The notes below the pieces were generated by a model, which worked only from the letters and a program-made list of their open reading frames with translations, was not told the DNA's origin and did no database searches. The position numbers were made by a program, and so were the translations under genes. DNA of 53,428 bases from positions 1-53,428 of the forward strand of contig CAYSLC010000009.1 of the NCBI GenBank assembly GCA_964431545.1. The letters run 5' to 3'. This document shows positions 19,258 to 29,529 of the stretch, one piece after another. The stretch is from an uncultured Desulfobacteraceae bacterium. Lineage in GTDB: Bacteria > Desulfobacterota > Desulfobacteria > Desulfobacterales > JAABSP01. The stretch's first letter is position 1, and each line of letters starts with the position of its first letter.

Positions 19258-20754
19258 CTATACCCGGCCGTAGATCTCGGTCCACTCCGCCAGGCGACGG
19301 GCGAAGCCCCCGGTCAGATGGTCCGGAGAGACCCGCCACCGCCAGTTGCCCCGGGCATGGGCCGGCCGGTTCATCCGGGCCTCCTCCCCCAAGCCGAGCA
19401 GGTCCTGGATGGGCAGCACAGCCAGGTTGGCCGGGGAGCGCATGGCCATGCGGACCATCTCCCCGGGCACCTCCTCCGGCGTCAGGACGCGGCCCACATA
19501 TCGGCGGAGCCGCCGCCGGTCTTCGGGGTCCGCCTCGTTCTCGTACCACCCCCTGGCGGTGTTGTTGTCGTGGGTGCCGGTGTAGACCACACAGTTGCGG
19601 ATGTGGTTGTGCGGCGCGTACGGGTTCTCGGGAAGATCCTCGCCGAAGGCGAAAAGGAGCAGCCGCATGCCGGGCAGGTCGAACCGGCGGATCACCTCCC
19701 GGACGTCCGGGGTAATGTAGCCGAGGTCCTCGGCGATGATGGGCAGGGCCGAGAACCGGCGCAGGAGGCTGTTGAGAAAATCGACGGCCGGGGCCTCCAC
19801 CCAGCGGCCGTTCATGGCGGTGGTCTCCCCGGCCGGCACCTCCCAGTAGGCCACCAGTCCCCGGAAATGGTCGACCCGGACCCAGTCGAAGAGATCGAGG
19901 TTCCGCTCCATGCGCCGGATCCACCAGTCGTACCCCCGCTCCTTCAGGGCGTCCCACCGGTAGACCGGGTGACCCCAGAGCTGGCCGGTGGCGCTGAAGT
20001 AGTCGGGGGGGACCCCGGAGACCACCGACGGGCGTCCGTCCCGGCCGAGGTCGAAAAGCTCCCGGTGGGCCCAGACGTCGGCGCTGTCGTGGTTGACATA
20101 GATGGGGATATCCCCGATCAACTGGATGCCGTTGCGGTTGCAGTCCCATCTGAGGGCCCGCCACTGCTCCTGGAACAGGAACTGGAAAAACCGCAGCCGC
20201 TCCATCCCCTCCCGATGATCCCGGTCGACCTTCTCCAACGCCTCGGGGTCCCGGTCCCGGAGTTCGTCGGGCCACCGATCCCAGGAGGCGCCCCCGTGGA
20301 CCTCCTTCAGGACGGAGAACCGGACAAAATCCTCCAGCCAGTCGCTGTTCTCCCGGCGGAACCGCTCAAAGGAAGGGGATGGGGTCCGGGATCGGAACCG
20401 CCGGTAGGCCGTTTCCAGGATCTTCGATTTGTGATCCGAGACCGGTTCGTAGTCGACCCGGTCCGGGGGAAACCCGGGCGGCTCCGGAAGGTCCTCCGGC
20501 TCCAGGTACCCGTCCTCCACCAGTCGTTCCGGGCTGACCAGCATCGGATTTCCCCCGAAGGCCGAGAAGGAATAGTACGGCGAATAATCCCCCTGGGGAT
20601 CGGTGGGATTGAGGGGAAGGATCTGCCAGAAGCTCTGCCGGGCCTCGGCGAGCAGCCTGACGAAGTTACCGCCCGCCGGGCCGAGATCCCCGATGCCGTG
20701 GGCCGAGGGCAGGGAGGTGATGTGCATCAGGACGCCGCTTGCTCGTTTTTTCAT
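19258..20754 (-). CDS. malQ: 4-alpha-glucanotransferase (amylomaltase, GH77) MalQ
   Basis: 498 aa; GVLMHITSLPS..YGIGDLG N-terminus and GH77 catalytic-region conservation. Confidence 0.9.
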   Translation of the reverse strand: MKKRASGVLMHITSLPSAHGIGDLGPAGGNFVRLLAEARQSFWQILPLNPTDPQGDYSPYYSFSAFGGNPMLVSPERLVEDGYLEPEDLPEPPGFPPDRVDYEPVSDHKSKILETAYRRFRSRTPSPSFERFRRENSDWLEDFVRFSVLKEVHGGASWDRWPDELRDRDPEALEKVDRDHREGMERLRFFQFLFQEQWRALRWDCNRNGIQLIGDIPIYVNHDSADVWAHRELFDLGRDGRPSVVSGVPPDYFSATGQLWGHPVYRWDALKERGYDWWIRRMERNLDLFDWVRVDHFRGLVAYWEVPAGETTAMNGRWVEAPAVDFLNSLLRRFSALPIIAEDLGYITPDVREVIRRFDLPGMRLLLFAFGEDLPENPYAPHNHIRNCVVYTGTHDNNTARGWYENEADPEDRRRLRRYVGRVLTPEEVPGEMVRMAMRSPANLAVLPIQDLLGLGEEARMNRPAHARGNWRWRVSPDHLTGGFARRLAEWTEIYGRV

Positions 20755-20952
20755 GATACCGTAACCCTCCTGTCACGCATTGAACAACGGTATAAGGTTT
20801 TCTCCCATCCGGATTTATGGTATCGATAAGCTTGAATCCGGAGATTGTCAATCGGAGCCCCCCGGGACCGATATGGGATCGACACAGAGGATCGACACCG
20901 GCCGGAGTGGCGACGGGGCCCCGCCTCCGGCCCCGGAATAAAAAGGCGCGCC

Positions 20953-23055
20953 ATGGAAATACGGCCCGGCAGCCCCCATCCGCTGGGGGCGATCCACGAC
21001 GGCATGGGGACCAATTTCTCCGTCCACTCCTCCGCGGCGGACCGGGTCCGGCTGTGCCTCTTCGACGACCGGGGAAAAGAGACCCGCGTCGACCTTCCGG
21101 GACGCTCCGGGGATGTGTGGCACGGGTACCTGGCCGACGCGGGACCCGGTCTGCGGTACGGCTATCGGATCCACGGCCCGTGGGACCCCGGCCGGGGGTT
21201 CCGGTGCCTTCCCGGAAAACTGCTCCTCGATCCCTACGCCCGGGCGGTGGAGGGGATGCCCCGCTGGACGCCGGCCATGTTCGACGGGACCGGGGACGCG
21301 GGACCCAACACCGAGGACAGCGCGCCCCACACCGCCCGCTCGGTGGTGGTCAGCCCGTTCTTCGACTGGAAAGGGGATGTACGGCCCCGCACCCCCATGG
21401 ACCGGACCGTCATCTATGAGGTCCACGTCAAGGGGTTCACGGCCCGCCACCCGAAGATCCCGCCGGAAATCCGGGGGACCTACGCGGCCCTGGGCCATCC
21501 GGCCGCCGTGGGCCACCTGACCGATCTGGGGATCACCGCCGTGGAGCTGTTGCCGGTCCACCAGTTCATCCAGGATCCCCGCCTGGTCCGGATGGGACTG
21601 AGAAACTACTGGGGATACAACACCATCGGCTTCTTCGCCCCCCACAACGCCTATGCGGCCGCCCCCTCGCCGGAAGGGGCGGTGGCCGAGTTCAAGGAGA
21701 TGGTCCGGCGCCTCCACCGGGCCGGCCTGGAGGTGATTCTCGACGTGGTCTTCAACCACACCGCCGAGAGCGACCGCAAGGGTCCGATCCTCGCCTTCAA
21801 GGGGCTCGACAACCCGATCTACTACCGGCTGGAAGAGGCGGACCGGTCCAGGTACGTGAACCTCACCGGCACCGGCAACACCGTCGACGCCCGAAACCCC
21901 GCGGTCCTTCAACTCATCGCCGATTCCCTGCGGTACTGGATCACGGAGATGCACGTGGACGGTTTCCGTTTCGACCTGGCCCCCATCCTGGCCCGGAATG
22001 ATCCCGACTTCGATCCCCGATCGGCGTTCCTCTCCATCCTCCGTCAGGATCCTGTGATCCGGGGGGTCAAGCTGATCGCCGAGGCGTGGGACCTCGGCCC
22101 GGGCGGGTACCAGGTGGGTCGGTTCCCCCATCCCTGGTCCGAATGGAACGACCGGTTCCGGGACGGGATCCGGGATTTCTGGCGGGGGACCCCCGTCCCC
22201 TTCGGGGAGCTGGACGCCAGGTTGGCGGGCAGCCCCGATCTCTTCCGCGCCTCCCGCCGCCCGCCCCAGGCCTCGATCAATTACATCACCTGCCACGACG
22301 GGTTCACCCTTCGGGACCTGGTCTCCTATGAGCGAAAATACAATGCCGCCAACGGCGAGGAGAACCGGGACGGCCACGACGACAACCGTGCCTGGAACTG
22401 CGGGGTCGAGGGGGAGACGGACGATCCGGAGGTATCCGCTCTCCGGGACCGCCAGCGGCGCAACTTTCTCGCCACCCTCCTCCTCTCCCGGGGGGTCCCC
22501 ATGATCCTGGGGGGCGACGAACTGGGACGGACCCAGAAGGGAAACAACAACGCCTACTGCCAGGACAACGAGCTGACCTGGTTCGACTGGGAGAACGGGG
22601 ACCCGCGGATCTTCCGTTTCCTCAAACGGTTGATCGCCCTGCGCCGGGGCCACCCCGTCCTCCGGGCGGTCGGGTGGTTCCGGGAGGATGCGCCGGGCGG
22701 GCCTTCTGCCCCGGAGATCGCCTGGTTCCGGCCCGACGGCCGGCGGATCCATGCCTCCGGGGCGGCCGAAACCGGTTCGGCCCTCCAGGCGCTTCTCTCC
22801 GGCCCGGTTGCCGAAGCCGGCGATTGCAAAAGCCCCGTCCGGGGTTCTGATTTCCGCCTTCTTCTCAACGCCGGACCCAAGGCGGTCACCTTTGCCCCGA
22901 CCGATGGTACCGCCGGAACCGGCTGGCGCAGGGTGATCGACACCGCGGGCCGGGAACCGGCCGATCCGGAGCGGATCCTCCATCGCCCCGGCGCTCGCCT
23001 ATCCGTGCCCCCCCACGCGCTGATGGTTCTCCAGTCGGCGCCGAATGAGGAGTGA
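20953..23055 (+). CDS. glgX: glycogen debranching enzyme GlgX (GH13)
   Basis: ATG at 20953 (MEIRPGSPHPLGA) inside track ORF 20845..23055. GH13 motifs DVVFNHT, GFRFDLA, EAWDLGPGGYQVG and a CBM48 N-terminal region. Confidence 0.9.
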   Translation: MEIRPGSPHPLGAIHDGMGTNFSVHSSAADRVRLCLFDDRGKETRVDLPGRSGDVWHGYLADAGPGLRYGYRIHGPWDPGRGFRCLPGKLLLDPYARAVEGMPRWTPAMFDGTGDAGPNTEDSAPHTARSVVVSPFFDWKGDVRPRTPMDRTVIYEVHVKGFTARHPKIPPEIRGTYAALGHPAAVGHLTDLGITAVELLPVHQFIQDPRLVRMGLRNYWGYNTIGFFAPHNAYAAAPSPEGAVAEFKEMVRRLHRAGLEVILDVVFNHTAESDRKGPILAFKGLDNPIYYRLEEADRSRYVNLTGTGNTVDARNPAVLQLIADSLRYWITEMHVDGFRFDLAPILARNDPDFDPRSAFLSILRQDPVIRGVKLIAEAWDLGPGGYQVGRFPHPWSEWNDRFRDGIRDFWRGTPVPFGELDARLAGSPDLFRASRRPPQASINYITCHDGFTLRDLVSYERKYNAANGEENRDGHDDNRAWNCGVEGETDDPEVSALRDRQRRNFLATLLLSRGVPMILGGDELGRTQKGNNNAYCQDNELTWFDWENGDPRIFRFLKRLIALRRGHPVLRAVGWFREDAPGGPSAPEIAWFRPDGRRIHASGAAETGSALQALLSGPVAEAGDCKSPVRGSDFRLLLNAGPKAVTFAPTDGTAGTGWRRVIDTAGREPADPERILHRPGARLSVPPHALMVLQSAPNEE

Positions 23056-23089
23056 CGATCGGAAGGGGCGTCGGTTTCCCGGCTGGGAT

Positions 23090-24019
23090 TCAGACCCGGC
23101 CGGTATCCCGGGTGGCCCGGTCGAGGAGATAGACCAGACCGAAGCCGATCAGGGCCAGGGCCACGGCGGCCAGGAGATGGGGATCCCGGCCGGTGGCCGC
23201 CAGGTAGTCCACGGGCCAAAGATTCCGGGTGACCACGGCGTGGCCCGCGCCCTCCGCGTCGGCGACGGTCTCCACCATCCACTTCCAGGGCCAGACCTTG
23301 TTCAAGGACCCCAGCATCAGCCCGGTGAGGGCGGCGATGGTGATGTCGTGGTACCGGCGAAGGAGCCAGTTGAGCAGGTGGGAGAAGGAGAGCAGCCCAA
23401 CGGCGGCGCCCAGGGAAAAGGCGATCATCACCGTGATCCGGAAATCCCGCAGGGCACCGAGCACATACTCGTACTTGGACAGGAGCACCAGGATGAAGCT
23501 GCCGGAGATTCCGGGCAGGATCATGGCGCAGATGGCGATCATACCGGAGAAGAAGACGAAGCTCAAGGTATCCGGGGTGACGGCCGGTGTGGCCACGGTG
23601 ATCCAGTACCCCGTCGCCCCCCCCAGGAGGAACCCGGCGATCACCGGAACCGGCCACCCTTCGATCTTCCGGCCCACCACCAGGGCGGAGGCGATGATCA
23701 GCCCGAAGAAGAAGGCCCAGAGGAGTTCGGGATAGACGGCCAGCCAGTGGAGGATGATCCGGGAAAGCAGCATCAGGGAAGTGACGATGCCCGCCAGGAG
23801 CACGGCCAGGAACCGGCCGTTGACGTGGGACCAGAAGGGGCGTATCCGGAACCTCGCCAGGAGCTTCAGGGCCCCGGCGTCAAAGGAACGGATGGAGCGG
23901 ACAAGCTCCTCGTAGATACCGGAAATGAAGGCGATGGTTCCGCCGGACACGCCGGGCACGGCGTCGGCGGCCCCCATGGCGATCCCCTTGAAGTAGAGGG
24001 CGATTCCCGCTTTCAACAC
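23090..24019 (-). CDS. DUF368 family polytopic membrane protein
   Basis: Family motif KGIAMGAADAVPGVSGGTIAFISGIYEEL plus about 8 TM helices. Probable start is GTG/TTG (VLKAGIALYFKG) near 24016-24019, overlapping the pcm stop; the long track ORF 23090..24250 is an over-extension. Confidence 0.65.
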   Translation of the reverse strand: MLKAGIALYFKGIAMGAADAVPGVSGGTIAFISGIYEELVRSIRSFDAGALKLLARFRIRPFWSHVNGRFLAVLLAGIVTSLMLLSRIILHWLAVYPELLWAFFFGLIIASALVVGRKIEGWPVPVIAGFLLGGATGYWITVATPAVTPDTLSFVFFSGMIAICAMILPGISGSFILVLLSKYEYVLGALRDFRITVMIAFSLGAAVGLLSFSHLLNWLLRRYHDITIAALTGLMLGSLNKVWPWKWMVETVADAEGAGHAVVTRNLWPVDYLAATGRDPHLLAAVALALIGFGLVYLLDRATRDTGRV

Positions 24020-24678
24020 TCCTCCTTCCAGCCGTCCTCGCCGATGAGCCGGACGAAACGGCATCCCCCCAGACTGGTCTGGCGGATCCCCTGTTGGTCC
24101 TTGTAGAGCTTCACCAGATCCTGGGAATATCGATCCCCCACCGGGATCACCATCCGCCCGCCGTCGGCCAGCTGGCCCACCAGATGGACCGGGATCCGGG
24201 GGGCTCCGGCGGTGACCATGATGGCGTCGAAGGGGCTCTCCTCCTTCCACCCGGAGGTGCCGTCGGAGTATCGGGTGACGATGTTGTGGTACCGGAGCCG
24301 GTCGAAGAGCCTCCTGGCCCGGATGTAGAGGGCGTGGATCCTCTCGATGGTATAGACCCGGTAGGCGATCTCGCCCAGAACGGCGGCCTGGTATCCCGAA
24401 CCGGTGCCGATCTCCAACACCCGGTCCTCCCCGGTAATCTGGAGAGCCTGGGTCATCTCGGCCACGATATAGGGCTGGGAGATGGTCTGCTGTTCGCCGA
24501 TGGGCAGGGGGAAATCTCCATAGGCCTGTTCCATCAGCGCCTCGCTGACGAACCGGTGGCGGGGAACGGCCCGCATGGCGTCCAGGACCTTCGGGTCGGT
24601 GATGCCGCGCGCCTCGATCTGCTTTTTGACCATCTCCTCGCGCTGGCGTTCAAATTTCAGAGGTTCTCTTTCCATCAT
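24013..24678 (-). CDS. pcm: protein-L-isoaspartate O-methyltransferase
   Basis: 221 aa; VLEIGTGSGYQAAVL SAM motif and PIMT family blocks (QTISQPYIVA, GGRMVIPVG). Confidence 0.9.
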   Translation of the reverse strand: MMEREPLKFERQREEMVKKQIEARGITDPKVLDAMRAVPRHRFVSEALMEQAYGDFPLPIGEQQTISQPYIVAEMTQALQITGEDRVLEIGTGSGYQAAVLGEIAYRVYTIERIHALYIRARRLFDRLRYHNIVTRYSDGTSGWKEESPFDAIMVTAGAPRIPVHLVGQLADGGRMVIPVGDRYSQDLVKLYKDQQGIRQTSLGGCRFVRLIGEDGWKEEC

Positions 24679-24827
24679 CCGTTCGATCTATCAGTGGAAG
24701 GGGCGTCCGTCAATAAACCATCCGCGCATTAAACTAAAATTGACTTGATCTTTCAACAGAATATTCCATAGTAGGGATTTCTCGGTTCCGCGCCCGCGCA
24801 CTTGCGATCGAACCACCCGGATCGGAA

Positions 24828-25826
24828 ATGGACAGCACCAAACACCTCGTCATCGCCATCGCCCTGTCGGTGGGCATCATCATCTTCGGCACCTTCGGGT
24901 ACATGCTCATCGAAGGGTGGGGGTTCCTCGACGCCCTGTACATGACCATCATCACCCTGACCACGGTGGGCTATTCCGAGGTGCAGGCCCTGAGCCGCCC
25001 GGGCCGGATCTACACCATGGTGCTGATCTTCTCCGGCTTCGGCTTCTTCGTCTACGCCGCCGGAGCGGTGGTCCAGTTCATGGTGGAGGGGCAGATCAGA
25101 ACCATATTGGGGAGAAGAAGATTGGACAGAAAAATCGACCGGATGAAAGCGCACTACATCATCTGCGGATACGGCCGGATCGGCCGGGTCATCTGCAGAA
25201 AGCTGAGAAGCAAGCCCCTGGACATCGTGGTGATCGAGCACAACCCGGAACTGATCCCCCGGATGGAAAAAGACGGCATCCTCTTCATCCACGGCGAGGC
25301 CGCGGACGAATCGAACCTTCTCAGGGCCCGGATCGAGCAAGCCACGGGGCTGGTGGCGGCCCTGGCCACCGACGCGGACAACGTCTTTTTGGTGCTCACG
25401 GCCCGGCAGCTCAACCCGGATCTGACCATCATCGCCCGGGCCGGAGACGAGCGGGCCAACTCCAAGCTCAAGGCGGCCGGCGCCAACCGGGTGGAGTCCC
25501 CCTATGAAATGGGCGCTGCCGGAATGGCCCAGCGGATCCTCAGGCCCACGGTCACCAACTTCCTCGACCTGGCCCTGTCGGACAAGCCCACCGATATCCA
25601 GATGGAGGAGATCCCGGTTTCGGCCGCATCGGACATGGTGGGCGTGATGCTGAAGGACTCCGGGATCCGCCAGCGGTTCCACCTGATCATCATCGCCATC
25701 AAGAAGCCGGACGGGAGCATGCTCTTCAACCCCTCCTTCGAGGCGACCATCAACATCGGGGACACGGTCATCGCGGTGGGGGAGGACACCAATCTCCAGC
25801 AGTTGGAGCGGATTTTGAATCCCTGA
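24828..25826 (+). CDS. 2TM potassium channel with RCK/TrkA-N and TrkA-C domains (MthK/Kch-like)
   Basis: Two TM helices flank a pore region MTIITLTTVGYSE, followed by a Rossmann RCK N domain (IICGYGRIGRVI) and TrkA-C. The filter reads TVGYS rather than the canonical TVGYG. Confidence 0.8.
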   Translation: MDSTKHLVIAIALSVGIIIFGTFGYMLIEGWGFLDALYMTIITLTTVGYSEVQALSRPGRIYTMVLIFSGFGFFVYAAGAVVQFMVEGQIRTILGRRRLDRKIDRMKAHYIICGYGRIGRVICRKLRSKPLDIVVIEHNPELIPRMEKDGILFIHGEAADESNLLRARIEQATGLVAALATDADNVFLVLTARQLNPDLTIIARAGDERANSKLKAAGANRVESPYEMGAAGMAQRILRPTVTNFLDLALSDKPTDIQMEEIPVSAASDMVGVMLKDSGIRQRFHLIIIAIKKPDGSMLFNPSFEATINIGDTVIAVGEDTNLQQLERILNP

Positions 25827-25877
25827 AGGGCGGTGGGGGCCGGATCGAAGGGCGGACCGGACGGCCGATCCCGTTCG

Positions 25878-26465
25878 TCAGATTTTATAGATGATCCGCT
25901 CGTCGGTGATCACGATGTCGACGTACTTGTCGTGGGACTCCATGGGGATCTGGGGGATGACCTGTCCCTCCAGGGCGAGGGTCACCTTCCGGGTGGTGAT
26001 GGGCAGTTTGGGGATCAGCCGGTCGTAGTAGCCGTCCCCCGATCCGATGCGCCCCCCCTTCTCGTCCACGGCCAAACTGGGGACCACGGCGATGTCGATG
26101 CATTCGATGGGCACCACCTTGCACTTCTGGGGGTCGGGCTCGGCGATCCCCCTCGGCCCGACCTTGAGGTCGGTCTCCAGGTTGTCCACCTTCATGAGGG
26201 TCACCTTGTACCGATCCTTTCCGAAGGCGGGCAGGACCAGGATCTTCTGGAGGCGGAAGCAGTTCTTCAGGATCGTTTCGGTGGCGATCTCAATTCCCGA
26301 ATCCACATAGAGCAGGGGGATCCGCGCCTCCTGGAAATTGGCGAAGTCGAAGAGCCGATTCTCGATTCGCCGGGTCTTCTCCGCCAGATCATTTTCGGAA
26401 AGCCCCTCCACCCACTTGGTCATATCCTGCCGGATCTGACGTTTCGCTTCTCGAATCTCCTCCAT
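25878..26465 (-). CDS. 5-formyltetrahydrofolate cyclo-ligase
   Basis: 5-FCL family signature GGRIGSGDGYYDRL near the C-terminus. Probable start at MEEIREAKR (~26465), or at the track start 26486. Confidence 0.7.
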   Translation of the reverse strand: MEEIREAKRQIRQDMTKWVEGLSENDLAEKTRRIENRLFDFANFQEARIPLLYVDSGIEIATETILKNCFRLQKILVLPAFGKDRYKVTLMKVDNLETDLKVGPRGIAEPDPQKCKVVPIECIDIAVVPSLAVDEKGGRIGSGDGYYDRLIPKLPITTRKVTLALEGQVIPQIPMESHDKYVDIVITDERIIYKI

Positions 26466-26668
26466 AGGTGCTCCCCCGATAGGCATTTTCGTATTTCGAT
26501 TACAGGCTCCCTAAAAAATACACAAAATTGCACGATAAAGTCAACTTATAATAATCATTGACTAAACAGGTCCCCCGTGGTACCAGGCATTTTCGGTCTC
26601 CACCGGCCTCGGGACCCTGTGGAGGCCCGCCGAGAACAACCCCGACGACAGCCCCATTAGGAACGATC

Positions 26669-27946
26669 ATGCTGGACATCAAATTTGTGAGGGAGCACCT
26701 GGACAGCGTCCGGGAGGCGCTGGAAGCCCGGGGCGGAGATGCCGACCTCCGGGGGTTCAAGGCCCATGACGACCGGCGCCGGGAGATCCTGCTGGAGATC
26801 GAGGACCTCCGCCACCGCCGGAACGTGGTCTCCGAGCGGATCGCGGAGATGAAGAAGAACCGGGAGGACGCCGAGGAGCTGATCCTGGAGATGCGGGAGG
26901 TCTCCTCCCGGGTCAAGGCAATGGAGAAGGATCTCGCCGAACATGAAGCGGGGGTCGCGCAGATCCTCATGGGGCTCCCCAACCTGCCCCATGCATCCGT
27001 TCCGGTGGGCCGGGACGAAACCGAGAACCGGCTCCTCAAGGAGGTGGGGGATCCCCCCACATTCGACTTCGAGCCGAGATCCCACTGGGACATCGGCGAG
27101 GCCCTGGGGATCCTCGACTTCGACCGGGCGGCCAAGATCACCGGCGCGCGGTTTCCCCTCTACCTGGGGATGGGGGCCCTGATGGAGCGCGCCCTCATCA
27201 ACTTCATGCTCGACATCCACACCACGGAACACGGGTACACCGAGGTGCTGCCCCCCTTCATGGTCAACCGCCAGACCATGACCGGCACCGGACAGCTCCC
27301 CAAGTTCGGGGCCGACCTCTTCAAGCTGGAGGGGTGGGACTATTTTCTCATCCCCACCGCCGAGGTGCCGGTGACCAACATCTACCAGGGGGAGATCCTC
27401 AACGAGGAGCGGTTGCCCATCTACCACACCGCCCATACGCCCTGTTTCCGCTCAGAGGCCGGCTCCTACGGCAAGGATACCCGGGGCCTGATCCGGCAGC
27501 ACCAGTTCAACAAGGTGGAGCTGGTGAAGTTCTCCCTTCCGGAGACCTCCTATGAGGAACTGGAGAGCCTGCTGGACAACGCCGAGGTGATCCTCCGCCG
27601 CCTGGGGCTCCCCTACCGCGTGGTGACCCTGTGCACCGGGGATCTCGGTTTTTCCGCGGCCAAGACCTACGACATCGAGGTCTGGATGCCGGCCCAGGGC
27701 GTCTACCGGGAGATCTCCTCGTGCAGCAACTTCGAGGATTTTCAGGCCCGCCGGGCCGACATCCGACTGAAACGGAAGGGCAGGAAGGGGACGGAACTGA
27801 TCCACACCCTGAACGGCTCCGGACTGGCCGTGGGCCGGACCGTGGCCGCGATCCTGGAAAACAACCAGGAAACGGACGGCGGCGTGGTCATCCCCGAGGC
27901 GCTCCGGCCCTACATGCGGGGCATGGAGCGGATCGACCCCGCCTGA
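26669..27946 (+). CDS. serS: serine--tRNA ligase
   Basis: ATG at 26669 ([12 protein letters not shown]). N-terminal coiled-coil arm and class II motifs ([30 protein letters not shown]). Confidence 0.95.
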   Translation: MLDIKFVREHLDSVREALEARGGDADLRGFKAHDDRRREILLEIEDLRHRRNVVSERIAEMKKNREDAEELILEMREVSSRVKAMEKDLAEHEAGVAQILMGLPNLPHASVPVGRDETENRLLKEVGDPPTFDFEPRSHWDIGEALGILDFDRAAKITGARFPLYLGMGALMERALINFMLDIHTTEHGYTEVLPPFMVNRQTMTGTGQLPKFGADLFKLEGWDYFLIPTAEVPVTNIYQGEILNEERLPIYHTAHTPCFRSEAGSYGKDTRGLIRQHQFNKVELVKFSLPETSYEELESLLDNAEVILRRLGLPYRVVTLCTGDLGFSAAKTYDIEVWMPAQGVYREISSCSNFEDFQARRADIRLKRKGRKGTELIHTLNGSGLAVGRTVAAILENNQETDGGVVIPEALRPYMRGMERIDPA

Positions 27947-27998
27947 TCCAGCCGCGGCTCCGATGGAGCCCCCTATCTTCTTAAGAACGAGGCGCCCC

Positions 27999-29510
27999 AT
28001 GGTCAATTCAGAAGACATCCCCAAGGACCTCCGCCCCCTGCTCGTTCCGAGCCCCAACGGCCATATGATCTACCGCTGCCTGGGGTGCGGGGGGGCCTAC
28101 GGCATCGAAAGACTCCTGTATACCTGCCCCGACTGCGGCGCGGTGCTGCTGATCCAGGATCGGGATTTCGATCGGCTCAAGGAGATCCCGGGCAGCCGGT
28201 GGCGGCGGCTCTTCGATTTCCGGAGAATGCTCAAAACCCCGGCGCTCCAGGGAATCTACCGGTACCACGAGTTCATCGGCCCCGTCATCCCCCTTTCGGC
28301 GGTGATCTACCTGGGGGAGGGCCACACCCCGATGGTGGAATCGAACGCCGAGATGCGGGAGAAGGTGGGGATGCGGTTCTTTTTCAAAAACGACGGCCAG
28401 AACCCCAGCGCCTCCTTCAAGGACCGAGGGATGGCCAGCGCCATGAGCTACATCCGGTTCCTCCTCCAGGAGGGCCACCTCTCCGAAGTGCTCGCCGTGT
28501 GCGCCTCCACCGGGGATACCTCGGCCGCGGCGGCCCTCTATGGGAGCTATCTCGGCCCCCGGGTCAAATCGGCGGTGCTCCTGCCCCACAAGAAGGTCAC
28601 CCCCCAGCAGCTCTCCCAGCCCCTGGGCAGCGGAGCCGCCGTCTTCGAGATCCCCGGCGTCTTCGACGACTGCATGAAGGTGGTGGAGGCCCTGGCCGAA
28701 GGGTACAACGTAGCGTTGCTCAACTCCAAGAACGCCTGGCGGATTCTCGGCCAGGAATCCTACTCCTACGAGATCGCACAGGAGTTCGACTACCGGATGG
28801 CCGACAAGGTGGTGGTGGTCCCCGTCGGAAACGCCGGCAACATCACCGCGGTGATGAGCGGGTTTTTGAAGTTCTTCGAGGCGGGGATCGTCGACGCCCT
28901 GCCCAAGATCGTGGGGGTGCAGTCGACCCATGCCAATCCGGTCTACCGCTATTACCGGGAGCCGGACCCGGAAAAACGGACCTTCGTCCCGGTGGACGTC
29001 CGCCCCAGCGTGGCCCAGGCCGCCATGATCGGAAACCCCGTCTCCATGCCGAGGGTGATCCATCTGGTGGAACGCTACGACCGCCTCTTTGGGGAGCGCC
29101 GGGTCTTCTTCGTGGAGGTGGAGGAGCAGCAGATCATGGACTGGGAGCTTCTCGCCAATCACAACGGCCACATCGCCTGCACCCATGGGGGGGAATCCCT
29201 GGCCGGTCTCCGGTCCGCCCTGGAAGAGGGGTATGTGGCGGCGGACGAGGTGGCGGTCATCGATTCCACCGCCCACGCCCTGAAGTTTTCCGGTTTTCAG
29301 GAGATGTACTTCGAAGATCGTTTCCCGCCGGAGTTCGAGGTGGAGCCCGACCCGGCGATCATCAATCGGCCCACCCTGGTCCACCCGCCGGATCTGACGG
29401 CGGTGCCGACCCCGGGCCATCCCCTCAAGGGGGAGGCACTGGACCGGTTCGTCCGTCGGATTTCCCAGGAGATCGCCGAAAGCCTGGCGCTCCGGCGAAT
29501 CGACGGATAG
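27999..29510 (+). CDS. thrC: threonine synthase-like PLP enzyme with N-terminal zinc-ribbon
   Basis: ATG at 27999 (MVNSEDIP) inside track ORF 27963..29510. CLGCGG...CPDCG zinc ribbon, PLP-lysine motif SFKDRGMA, and PLP-fold type II architecture. Confidence 0.8.
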   Translation: MVNSEDIPKDLRPLLVPSPNGHMIYRCLGCGGAYGIERLLYTCPDCGAVLLIQDRDFDRLKEIPGSRWRRLFDFRRMLKTPALQGIYRYHEFIGPVIPLSAVIYLGEGHTPMVESNAEMREKVGMRFFFKNDGQNPSASFKDRGMASAMSYIRFLLQEGHLSEVLAVCASTGDTSAAAALYGSYLGPRVKSAVLLPHKKVTPQQLSQPLGSGAAVFEIPGVFDDCMKVVEALAEGYNVALLNSKNAWRILGQESYSYEIAQEFDYRMADKVVVVPVGNAGNITAVMSGFLKFFEAGIVDALPKIVGVQSTHANPVYRYYREPDPEKRTFVPVDVRPSVAQAAMIGNPVSMPRVIHLVERYDRLFGERRVFFVEVEEQQIMDWELLANHNGHIACTHGGESLAGLRSALEEGYVAADEVAVIDSTAHALKFSGFQEMYFEDRFPPEFEVEPDPAIINRPTLVHPPDLTAVPTPGHPLKGEALDRFVRRISQEIAESLALRRIDG

Positions 29511-29529
29511 CGGCCCACTCCTCCACTCC

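Noticed and set aside
26487-26668. Possible T-box or attenuator upstream of serS
   Set aside because: serS is not T-box regulated outside Firmicutes, and no specifier/T-box consensus (AATTAGGGTGGNACCGCG) is present. The region looks like an AT-rich bidirectional promoter with a short hairpin in the leader.
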